The translations under genes and the position numbers were made by a program. Shown here one piece after another: positions 39,873-48,436 of a stretch of DNA of 64,000 nucleotides (position 1 is the first letter of the stretch; every line of letters starts with the position of its first letter). Origin of the DNA: Candidatus Bathyarchaeota archaeon (GTDB lineage Archaea > Thermoproteota > Bathyarchaeia > 40CM-2-53-6); assembly GCA_963726255.1 (NCBI GenBank), contig CAVSBL010000002.1:1152001-1216000 (forward strand), given 5' to 3'. Under the pieces are notes generated by a model, which was not told the origin of the DNA, did not search any database, and was given only the letters and a program-made list of their open reading frames with translations.

Positions 39873-39905
39873 ATTAGATATATCTAATCAGTTTGCTATA
39901 CCTAA
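39873..39905. promoter_or_regulatory. Perfect palindrome ATTAGATATATCTAAT plus a second site 18 bp downstream
   Basis: Palindrome at 39873-39888; TTTGctatacCTAA at 39892-39905. Confidence 0.6.
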
Positions 39906-39959
39906 ACACTAATATCAAGCGCTTCCTATCTGCGGTCCAATCAGAAGGGAGGTGTAACG

Positions 39960-40220
39960 ATGGTAAGCGTGAAAAAGCGTGCTGGAACAATGCAAGAGTT
40001 TGACAAAGTCAAACTGAAGATGTCCTTTGTAAACGCTGGAGCCAAGGAGGAACATGCTACAAGAGTGGCCGATTCTATCGCCGCGAAAGTCACAGAAGGC
40101 ATGGCAACACAAGAGGTCAAGAGACTTGCAGCATCAGAACTCAGAGGATTAGACCAAAGCGCTGCTCAGAAGTACGAAACATTCAAGCCGCCGAACCAAA
40201 CCAAGACTGTCACAGCATAA
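39960..40220 (+). CDS. Stand-alone ATP-cone domain protein
   Basis: VKKRAG..QEFD..KL..S...AG...T.EV; GGAGGTG SD. Confidence 0.8.
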   Translation: MVSVKKRAGTMQEFDKVKLKMSFVNAGAKEEHATRVADSIAAKVTEGMATQEVKRLAASELRGLDQSAAQKYETFKPPNQTKTVTA

Positions 40221-40287
40221 GACTGCATTGCAGAAATCTCGCAGTCAAATCACCTATCTTTCCATTTTTTCTTTCCTCCTCCGACCC

Positions 40288-40620
40288 ACGGCGGGCGATG
40301 CGGATGCGGACCGGTATAGAATAGCATTACAAACTGTCCCGTCGGATCCGGATGTTGGAATCGTCCTGGCAATTGTGCTTCTTCAAACATCCTTCATCCA
40401 GTCCTATGTGGTTGATGCTATTACCGAATCCCAAGTCACAACCGGAAAACCTACGGTGGTGTGCACGATTGGCGGATACTTCAACCAAATTCTTGTTAAG
40501 ATGCTTGAAGAAAATCGAATACCCTCATATACGGCATCTGAACGAGCAATCAACGCGATATACGCCTTAACTAGGTCCGCCAAAGCCCTCGAAGATCTGT
40601 CAACGAAAGAACTGTTGAAG
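40288..40620 (+). pseudogene. C-terminal fragment of an ADP-forming acyl-CoA synthetase alpha subunit
   Basis: GDADADRYRIAL...DPDV.IVL.I.L.Q...KP.VVC..GG...IPSY..ERA; N-terminal part and start missing. Confidence 0.65.
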
Positions 40621-40682
40621 AGAGAACAGGAATTTCGAGCCATGAGAAACGAGGGTTCGAAAATCGCCATTGGTCCCACAAC

Positions 40683-40712
40683 TCGCGGGTTCAAATCCCA
40701 CCGGCGCAACCA
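40683..40712 (+). tRNA. Degenerate tRNA 3' fragment (T-arm + acceptor strand + CCA), possible att scar
   Basis: GCGGG-TTCAAAT-CCCAC-CGGCGCA-A-CCA; no matching 5' half upstream. Confidence 0.55.
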
Positions 40713-40904
40713 TTCAGGTTCGATGTGTTCGACAATCACCTTGTCTTAGAGGGACTTCAGAACATCCTGGAGTTTGACCATACGAATTTGAAATGTTGAG
40801 TTTATTTGTGGAGGTAAGCGCCGCTGGTACCATGCCGTATGTGTTTACAACGCCAAGCCTTCTTGATTTTTGCACGTTTCCGATAAGAGAGAATGAGCAC
40901 TGCT

Positions 40905-41591
40905 CTATTGCTTGCTAAAGAAACGCCTGAGCCATAGCGGAATGATTGTGGCATCTGAGGCTACACACATCGCGACCATCGCCGCACCCGCCTCGGCTTG
41001 CTCATAGTAAGGAAAATAGCTGTAAAGGACCACCGGTGAGACAAGCAGATACGCACCGAAGATAGCCATACCCTTACAACCCAAAAGGTACGATAGAAGC
41101 CGCATATTCGACGACAATCGCCTAAATCCCACGAAAATGAGACCCCCCGCAAGCAGCAGGGACACATGCATCAACACATGCAACGCAAACTGAAGAAGAA
41201 CAGCACTCAAAATCGCTGGAACATACCAAAGGGCAATTATCAAGAGAGCAACGCTCAAACTAACCAACCCCTTCCTGTTGAACGACCGATTCACGAGGCC
41301 AAGTGCAGAGTATACACGGGCTAGGAAATCCGATAACAACCCGCCCACCGAGAGAAACGCGTTGAGTGAACTTGCCAGCCAGTACCCAGCGATCAGAAGC
41401 AGTATGTCGGAAACCATGATCAAAGCGAACGGGGCAACGTTAAGACTCGTCGATAAAGCCGCGAAGAGGTAATCGATTGGTTCAAGAGGCGTGAGCATGG
41501 AGATTATTAGGGTTGAACTCAAAACTAGAAGAAGCATTCCCCGCCTCATAGTGCGCCTAACCATCACATTGTACGAGTTACCCACTTTCAA
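40905..41591 (-). CDS. DUF1404/CtaG-like membrane protein (paralog of 18999)
   Basis: NRSFNRKGLV, LHVLMH, K.MAIFGA.L and QAEAG..MV shared with the paralog. Confidence 0.7.
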   Translation of the reverse strand: MKVGNSYNVMVRRTMRRGMLLLVLSSTLIISMLTPLEPIDYLFAALSTSLNVAPFALIMVSDILLLIAGYWLASSLNAFLSVGGLLSDFLARVYSALGLVNRSFNRKGLVSLSVALLIIALWYVPAILSAVLLQFALHVLMHVSLLLAGGLIFVGFRRLSSNMRLLSYLLGCKGMAIFGAYLLVSPVVLYSYFPYYEQAEAGAAMVAMCVASDATIIPLWLRRFFSKQ

Positions 41592-41672
41592 TGGCCGGCT
41601 ACCCCTGCCGATTACTGAGTAATAATCTCCTGAAAAACATAGTTGAGGCTGTGAACGTGAGGAAAGTCGTGG

Positions 41673-42161
41673 CTACGAGTTCGCCGACGTGTTGGGCTGA
41701 ACGATTAGCCGCGAGACCATGAAAACGTGAACTGTGCAGAAAATGTTGCAGTACATCACGAATGTTCCAGGTACCGTGGCTGTGAAGACGATCTTGTAGG
41801 CTTCGCCTGGCGTCATGGCTATACCGGCAGGGAAGTAGGTGCTTATGGCGAACCCGTGCGGTTGCGTCGTGTCCTTATTGCAGACGAGGATGTGAACCAC
41901 GTCCCCTTGCTGCACTCGAATGACCGGCCACGGGTTCGCCGGCGCTCCGTGGCTTATGCTATCGTTGAACCCTGAAAGGTCAGCGATGATCAGAAAGAAG
42001 CCGGGCGGTCGATCACAAGTCGACCTAGTAACAACGGCGGGAGTGACGACGTTGGACGATTGGGGTGGGGGAACGACAACGATCCCTGTAACAAAAGCAG
42101 CCACAATGACGATTAACCCCACCAAGAGTACGACTGCAGCTAATTTCCTACGGGAACCCAT
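41673..42161 (-). CDS. Membrane-anchored cupredoxin with CuA-like motif
   Basis: N-terminal TM helix; HGF...PG.F..YCNIFCTVH..M. Confidence 0.82.
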   Translation of the reverse strand: MGSRRKLAAVVLLVGLIVIVAAFVTGIVVVPPPQSSNVVTPAVVTRSTCDRPPGFFLIIADLSGFNDSISHGAPANPWPVIRVQQGDVVHILVCNKDTTQPHGFAISTYFPAGIAMTPGEAYKIVFTATVPGTFVMYCNIFCTVHVFMVSRLIVQPNTSANS

Positions 42162-42196
42162 TCATGCCACGCGTCCCGCCACGAAGTTTGAGGCAC

Positions 42197-43015
42197 TTAT
42201 GAGTGAAGCATCGCTGCGCCATAAAGGCAGAGGAATCCGATCAAAACCATTAACGCCATCTTGACGTACTGTGAATAGGTCAGATCGCCTTTCCAACCGT
42301 CTCCCCAAATCGACCTAACAGCCAACAGTCCAACGACAAGTGCAGCTCCGCCCCCCAGCGCGAAGAGGTAAGCTGAATTTACTTCGACGAAATAACCGAC
42401 AACATCACCCAGCACAGAAGGTATGCCAAAGGCTAAACCTAGAAGCGCAATACGTCTCCATTCAACGCGAAGCGAGAAACGTTCACCCTCCATAAGAGCA
42501 ACGAAAACAATCATGACTAGCGATGCCTCCAGGAACTTATGCATTACGTACGCTACCCCCCCGCCTACTCCGCCGATGGCGTCGAGAATAGTCGTCGCTG
42601 TCGTCCCCGCTGACAACCCTCCAAATTCGAGGCCCTCGCCGATACCGTGAAAACCCATACCAATCGCAACAAGCAGAGCAGTCAGGAAAGGCCCCGCCGT
42701 AGGTGATCGGGTCGTGTTCATTCTCTTCGAAAGGCCAACACCCGCGGGCAGCGCTATTGCGAGAAAACCAAAGATAAACATCAGCAGCAAACCGGTGTGT
42801 TGAGGATTGAAGTCGTACCCGTCGTTAACCCCCAACTGAACCGCATCATTGAGCGTATCCAAGAAAAACCAAAACAAAAGCCCAAGCGCAAAAGCGGAAA
42901 GATACCGAGATTCAATACGAGCCGTTCGTACGGCACCTGCTAGAAACATACCGAGATAAAGCGGAATGAATGTTGCGAGTACAAACTCTACAAACGAGAC
43001 AACGAACGATATCAT
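42197..43015 (-). CDS. ZIP-like metal transporter
   Basis: GMGFHGIGEGL and MHKFLEA TM motifs; ~8 TM helices. Confidence 0.7.
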   Translation of the reverse strand: MISFVVSFVEFVLATFIPLYLGMFLAGAVRTARIESRYLSAFALGLLFWFFLDTLNDAVQLGVNDGYDFNPQHTGLLLMFIFGFLAIALPAGVGLSKRMNTTRSPTAGPFLTALLVAIGMGFHGIGEGLEFGGLSAGTTATTILDAIGGVGGGVAYVMHKFLEASLVMIVFVALMEGERFSLRVEWRRIALLGLAFGIPSVLGDVVGYFVEVNSAYLFALGGGAALVVGLLAVRSIWGDGWKGDLTYSQYVKMALMVLIGFLCLYGAAMLHS

Positions 43016-43146
43016 AATCGAGGCATTAAATTCGGCTTACTATAAACTTTGCATGATGTTCGGTTCGCGTTCGCCCTCGTTCGCGAGACTCAAACAATTC
43101 ATCTCAGTAAGACGGATATTTTTCGGGAATCGAAATGGTCTGAATT

Positions 43147-43962
43147 TCATTCTGAGTGGGCATGCGGATGGGTGTGAAGAACTTGTCCGTGTTTGTGCGC
43201 ATGAACATGAACCAGATTGGCATTCAACAGGAGATCCCAGTTGTTGAGCATCTCCTCTGTTGGCCCCTCGCCTGCCATGCTATGTTGCTCGCTTAGGATG
43301 ATGCAGCGGTTTGACGTGTCGGCTGCAAGTTCAATATCGTGAGTAGCAGTGACGATTGTATTGCCGCTATCATGCAATTCATTGAGGAATCCTTCTAGCC
43401 AGACTTTGGTGCGGGGGTCGAGGTCTGAGCTGGGCTCATCCAGCAGGAGGATGTCGGGGCCCAATGAAAGGACGGAGGCTAAAGCCACTTTCCGCTTTTC
43501 GCCCTCACTCAAGCTCTGTGGGCTACGATTTCTGAGATGCTGAATTCTCAAGAGAGAAAGCGCTTCATTCACCCGTTTCTCCACGTCCTGTTCAGGCAAG
43601 CCAAGTTGCAGAGGGGCGAACGACACTTCTTCCCAGACTACCGGCGAGAATAGCTGGGAATCAGCATCCTGAAAAACCATACCCACCCTCTGTCTGAAAT
43701 AGCGGGCGAATTCACTTCTATTCAACTCCATTCCCGCTTCACTTAACGTAGACCCAAACGCTCGGACAGTTCCTGACGAGGGAAAGATTAGACCGCACAA
43801 TATCTTGAGGAGCGTGGATTTCCCTGAACCATTCGCGCCTAGAATAGCAATTGAATCACCAAATCTAATGTTCATAGATATGCCGCTAAGCGCAGAATTC
43901 TTGCCAGAGTAGGAATAACACACATTCTGCAGCTCGAACACGAGCCCACTATCTTGAGCCAT
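43147..43962 (-). CDS. cbiO: Ni/Co ECF transporter ATPase (CbiO/NikO)
   Basis: GANGSGKST, LSEGEKRKV, LLLDEP; His-rich tail. Confidence 0.9.
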   Translation of the reverse strand: MAQDSGLVFELQNVCYSYSGKNSALSGISMNIRFGDSIAILGANGSGKSTLLKILCGLIFPSSGTVRAFGSTLSEAGMELNRSEFARYFRQRVGMVFQDADSQLFSPVVWEEVSFAPLQLGLPEQDVEKRVNEALSLLRIQHLRNRSPQSLSEGEKRKVALASVLSLGPDILLLDEPSSDLDPRTKVWLEGFLNELHDSGNTIVTATHDIELAADTSNRCIILSEQHSMAGEGPTEEMLNNWDLLLNANLVHVHAHKHGQVLHTHPHAHSE

Positions 43963-43963
43963 T

Positions 43964-44908
43964 TCAAATCCCGTTCAACACGGCGATGTTGCGAAGCATG
44001 AGTAGCAATACGCCTAGTCCAAGGAGAAATCCCAAGAAAGCCCAGTCAAACGGTTCAGCGCGGAATCCAGTAACCTTTCTAACTCTCCCATCATAGCCGC
44101 GTGAAATCATTGACAAATTAACAAGCTCACTCATATTCATTGACCGACGGAAAAGGACTCCAATAGTTGCGCCCAACCACTCTCTCACATTCGCACTACG
44201 TTCGGGGCTCAGTGTTCTGCTCTTTAGGGCAAAGGTCATGTCTTGTGCAATGCCTACCAAGACGAATACGTACCTGTAGGTCATTCCGAGTATCATCACA
44301 AAGGCCCTTGGAACCTTCAGACCTTGAAGGGATGCTACTAGGTCAGTCCAGCGGGTGGTCAGAGCGAGTAGGATCACGAAGGAGGCGGCAGCTCCCGTCC
44401 TCAAGACAAAGAGGAGGGCACCTTGAACGCCGGGAACCGTGATTGTAATCGTCCACGGAGAAACAAGAAGCCCAAGGGACTCACCCTTACTTAGCAGTAC
44501 GAAAAGAGGTTGTCCGGGAACGATGAAGTTGAACATAGCTGGCACAGCAATGACCAATGTGAATAGCGGAATGAAGAGCCAAACTCGTTTCAAGTAGTAA
44601 CCAAGTCTCACCTTCGAGGCAACACCAAGAAGAATAGCGACACCGAGAATAGTCAGAATCCATTCCACGCGGTTCACGAGAGTGATACAGACGACAACCC
44701 AAAGCATCCCGATCAGTTTGAAACGAGGGTCAACGAATTGCAGCAATCCTCTCTTGCACGCATAGCCTTCAGCGTAGCTGGATTCATCAAAGAAACCCGA
44801 GAACGCTCTGATGGTTCTATCCACTATGCTCTTCTTGCTAGACCCTGTTAAGGTGCAGCACGGACAAGCGCCGAAGGCTGGTCTCTCACTCAGCCATTCA
44901 GGCAGCAT
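43964..44908 (-). CDS. cbiQ: Ni/Co ECF transporter T component (CbiQ/NikQ)
   Basis: DPRFKL, YRY, KSR and SRGY motifs. Confidence 0.9.
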   Translation of the reverse strand: MLPEWLSERPAFGACPCCTLTGSSKKSIVDRTIRAFSGFFDESSYAEGYACKRGLLQFVDPRFKLIGMLWVVVCITLVNRVEWILTILGVAILLGVASKVRLGYYLKRVWLFIPLFTLVIAVPAMFNFIVPGQPLFVLLSKGESLGLLVSPWTITITVPGVQGALLFVLRTGAAASFVILLALTTRWTDLVASLQGLKVPRAFVMILGMTYRYVFVLVGIAQDMTFALKSRTLSPERSANVREWLGATIGVLFRRSMNMSELVNLSMISRGYDGRVRKVTGFRAEPFDWAFLGFLLGLGVLLLMLRNIAVLNGI

Positions 44909-44914
44909 CTGACA

Positions 44915-45985
44915 TTAGGTCTCCTCTTGACTTAAAGGATCTGAGACGATAGTTTTTGATTTAACTCGGTAGAATGCGAAAAGAGACAAACCGAGAGTGG
45001 ATACTCCAATCGCAGCCGCGAGGACATACGCCAAGCTGAGTTGGGTGAAGGTTGTTGCCCCAGGCACGCTGTAGCCGCTCAAAGGAGCATTGTACAGACC
45101 CTCCAAGCTCGTGAGCCCTGCAGGGGGCGTCATCCCGAATAATGTTTCTAGTTGGGAAGCACTCCATTCGGCAAACGCCGATCCTGGAGCCAACAGGCCC
45201 AAAGGGACGAGGACTACCAGAACGGCCAGGAGTACCCACAGTCTTCTGAAAATTGAGCGCTGTGGCGCTGGAGACTGCACATTTACCATAGGCGTTGGAA
45301 TAGTCTGGACTATCGGAGTGGCCAATATGGATGGGTCAGAACGCATTATGTAGGAAACCAAGAAACCAGTTGCAGCCGCGTCGACAAAACCAAAGACAAA
45401 CCCATGAGAAATCAACATGGCGGGAATCGTTACTGATGATGGAAACGGAGCGTACAGAGGGCTACCGTTAGAAGCGTGATACAGTATCGGCTGCAGTCCT
45501 AGTTCTATGGCGCAGCACAGAGCCGCGGCGTTCAATCCTATGTATCCAGATGCCGCAGCCGCCAACCAGCGTCGGCGAGACAGAAGGGGAGCACGAGTAG
45601 CCAGCAGCTTGTAGACATAGTAGCTGACAAAGGACATGACTAGCCCCATGTTGAACGAGTTGGCAGCGAAAGTCGTTATTCCGCCGTCCCCGAACAAGAG
45701 ACATTGAATTAGCAGAGCACCAGTAACGCCCAGAAACCCGAACCAAGGCCCCAAGGTCAGAGCAAGGATAGCTGCCCCAACTGCATGTCCCGTTGTTCCT
45801 CCAGGCGCTGGAAAGTTGAACATCATTATTACGAATGAGAAGGCCACTCCAAACGCAAGCCACGGTAATTGTTTGGTCTTGAGATTCTTCTCTACTTTCC
45901 TTGACGCTACGAACCATAACGGGATCATGATTATGTAGAAGAAAATGAACGTCGAGGGCCCCAGATATCCATCCGGAATATGCAC
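44915..45985 (-). CDS. cbiM: Ni/Co ECF transporter S component, NikMN fusion
   Basis: MHIPDGYL N-terminus, GGTTGH, FGDGG; C-terminal PLGLLA..AFAEW...APL.GY domain. Confidence 0.92.
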   Translation of the reverse strand: MHIPDGYLGPSTFIFFYIIMIPLWFVASRKVEKNLKTKQLPWLAFGVAFSFVIMMFNFPAPGGTTGHAVGAAILALTLGPWFGFLGVTGALLIQCLLFGDGGITTFAANSFNMGLVMSFVSYYVYKLLATRAPLLSRRRWLAAAASGYIGLNAAALCCAIELGLQPILYHASNGSPLYAPFPSSVTIPAMLISHGFVFGFVDAAATGFLVSYIMRSDPSILATPIVQTIPTPMVNVQSPAPQRSIFRRLWVLLAVLVVLVPLGLLAPGSAFAEWSASQLETLFGMTPPAGLTSLEGLYNAPLSGYSVPGATTFTQLSLAYVLAAAIGVSTLGLSLFAFYRVKSKTIVSDPLSQEET

Positions 45986-45997
45986 ACTAGGCCACCA

Positions 45998-46025
45998 GTA
46001 TTACGACTTCGCTAACTAGTATTAC
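45998..46025. promoter_or_regulatory. Probable NikR operator
   Basis: GTATTA-N16-TATTAC (28 bp) between divergent cbiM and nikR; matches the GTATGA-N16-TCATAC architecture. Confidence 0.7.
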
Positions 46026-46111
46026 TCTAATAAACTGTTAGAACGGTGTGGATGCCCTATAATCTCAGAACATGAAAGCCGATATCATGATATGTTGAAA
46101 GTTGCACTTGG

Positions 46112-46537
46112 ATGGGAGGTGTGTCGTTCTTGGTGAAGGTGGACAGGTTTAGCTTCTCTACGCCGCCAAAGTTGATGAAGCAATTTGATGATTCGCTCAG
46201 GGCAATAGGGTACAAAGACCGATCGAAAGGGCTGCAGGTTGCCATGCGCAACTTCGTCACTGAGTATACTTGGATAGGAGAGAAAAACAAGCTTGGAGCA
46301 GGCGCTGTTCTGTTAACCTATGATCATAGATCCCACGGAGTCCAGGAAGCACTTACTGATGTTCAACACCATTATAGGGACTCAATAAACTCCACGACAC
46401 ATATTCACCTTGACGAATTTCGATGCTTGGAGATAATCTCAGTCAAGGGTAGATTGGAGAGAATTCAGGGTATGGCTAAGGATCTCATGAAAACGAAAGG
46501 TGTCTCACAGCTCAAACTGTCAACAGTATCTCTGTAG
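46112..46537 (+). CDS. nikR: Nickel-responsive regulator NikR
   Basis: RHH N-terminus GYKDRSK, YDH, QH, HIHLD...CLE. Confidence 0.92.
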   Translation: MGGVSFLVKVDRFSFSTPPKLMKQFDDSLRAIGYKDRSKGLQVAMRNFVTEYTWIGEKNKLGAGAVLLTYDHRSHGVQEALTDVQHHYRDSINSTTHIHLDEFRCLEIISVKGRLERIQGMAKDLMKTKGVSQLKLSTVSL

Positions 46538-46875
46538 TGAATACTGATTAGCTGAACTGGAAATTGCGGTGTCGACTCAGGCTCGTGCTGATGGATCGTT
46601 GCGGCATTGTAGCCACGATATTCGTGGGTGGCTAACAATCGGTGGAACCCTCATGGAACCTACGATATTGGTGGGTTCGTATCCAACCGAAACCATCGTT
46701 CATGTGTTGACGAAAATTGAGAGCTAGATTGCGTGTGGACAATTGACAATGCCATAAGGAATGACGTGTTTTTCTATGCGTTAGAAGTGGATAGTCGCAC
46801 GTTTCTGAAATGCCGTTAGAAAGAAAAACTGTCATCGACAAAGTTCGCATCTATCCCGTTATTGAGGCTTGATTC

Positions 46876-48435
46876 TTGACTGCGACGTCACTGTTGTTGG
46901 AAATCAGTGCCTTCGGCATTTTCATCCACGCTTTCTTTCTGACAATCTCCCTTGGTTTTCCATGGGTGATCGGTGCGCTGCTCTACAAGTGGTGGAGAAC
47001 TAAAGACAAGGAATACTATGAAGCTGCACGGAATGTTACTGGCGTTCTTGGTCTCAACTTCGCCCTCGGCGCCATAACGGGAACCCTAGTTGAATTTGGG
47101 CTTGTTCAGGCTTGGCCCGGCTCAATCTTCGTAATTGCAACTTTTGGCATGATACCGATGACATTGGAACTCGTGGCGTTCATAGGCGAAATCGTACTGC
47201 TCGTGATGTTCATTGTTACGCTGGGTAAAGTTCGGCCGCTTGCGAGTCTGGGTGTAATGATGTTCTATGGTGCCATGGCCATTCTATCTGGCGTCTTGAT
47301 AATGGCGGTGAACAGTTGGCTGAACGTCCCCTGGGGAACTGGGAATCTAGCGTCGAACTTGTATCCGTTTCTGCCACAATACGGCCCGAGCGCAGTTAAC
47401 CCGTCCGCCCTCGTCAAGCTGAAGCTGGAACTCGTTAAGAATCTACTCGCTACTGGAACCGCGTCGCAGGTTTTGCAAAACCCTGACCTTGCAAGAGCCG
47501 TCGGTTTGACGCTAAGCGACCCATATGTCGCTTTATCATCTCCTTACGCATTGGCAAGCGCACTCCACGCCGTGAACGCGGGAATAATCGTTGGGATGTC
47601 CTTCGCCCTAGTCGGGTACGCTTACAGGTTCTTGAAAACTGGACAGGCTAAGTATGTGAGGATTGTGAAAGCTTTCCTGCCCATCCTTCTCGTCCTGCTG
47701 ATTCTTCAGCCAACAGTGTTCGGCGACCTCATGGGTAAGGCTGTTGCCTTTCAGCAGCCTACGAAATTCGCCCTGATGGAAGGCGCGGTCAACACAACTC
47801 AGAATCCTCTGATAGATTTCCTAGCCTACGGTAATCCGCAGCGCGCAATAGCCGGTTTCGATTCGCTAAGGAGCCAATGTGATTCATTGGGGCAAACGAC
47901 TCTCGGGAATCTTGCGACTTCTGTTGCCTCGAACATCTCGCTGGGCTCAGCTTCCTCGGTGAGCCTAAAGTCTGTCTGCCTATCAGACTTATCCAAGTCC
48001 GAGTCACGCCTCCTTGTGATATATCCACTCTACTATGCGAAAATAGCCTTTGGAATAATGGATTTGATGGCTATTGTGGGGTTATCTGCCCTAAACTTCA
48101 ACCTCGGCGCATTCTCAAGATTGGCGAAGCGTATTCTCAATCGTTTCGGTGAACGGAAATCTATGTTCCTGTTCTCGCTGCTCGTTGTCTTAGCGTCGAT
48201 TTTCGCGAGCGGTCTAGGTTGGTTCGTTCGTGAGGATGGGCGTAAGCCTTGGACTGTCTACGGGTTACTTTATCCAGAGGAGTTAATCACATCCGTTCCC
48301 ATCGGACCAGTCTTCATACTCTTCGCGGTACTCTTCGTTGCTGTCGCGGCGATTGGAATCTATGGGATTTACGTGGTTTCGACGAGGCGGTTGAAGTTCA
48401 TTGAACTCCTGAAGAAGGGAGCAGGAGTGGAGTGA
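46876..48435 (+). CDS. cydA: Cytochrome bd-type oxidase subunit I (CydA of a CydAA' pair)
   Basis: IH (His19 equivalent), FALGAITG..VEF, NSWL..P, LH, QPTKFALMEG, GWFVREDGRKPW. Confidence 0.9.
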   Translation: MTATSLLLEISAFGIFIHAFFLTISLGFPWVIGALLYKWWRTKDKEYYEAARNVTGVLGLNFALGAITGTLVEFGLVQAWPGSIFVIATFGMIPMTLELVAFIGEIVLLVMFIVTLGKVRPLASLGVMMFYGAMAILSGVLIMAVNSWLNVPWGTGNLASNLYPFLPQYGPSAVNPSALVKLKLELVKNLLATGTASQVLQNPDLARAVGLTLSDPYVALSSPYALASALHAVNAGIIVGMSFALVGYAYRFLKTGQAKYVRIVKAFLPILLVLLILQPTVFGDLMGKAVAFQQPTKFALMEGAVNTTQNPLIDFLAYGNPQRAIAGFDSLRSQCDSLGQTTLGNLATSVASNISLGSASSVSLKSVCLSDLSKSESRLLVIYPLYYAKIAFGIMDLMAIVGLSALNFNLGAFSRLAKRILNRFGERKSMFLFSLLVVLASIFASGLGWFVREDGRKPWTVYGLLYPEELITSVPIGPVFILFAVLFVAVAAIGIYGIYVVSTRRLKFIELLKKGAGVE

Positions 48436-48436
48436 G

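Noticed and set aside
40228-40749. 173-aa ORF as an intact gene
   Set aside because: Chimeric: reads through a T-rich terminator, the ACD fragment and the tRNA remnant
46605-46640. Hairpin AGCCAC...GTGGCT after nikR
   Set aside because: Single short stem, compatible with a terminator or chance
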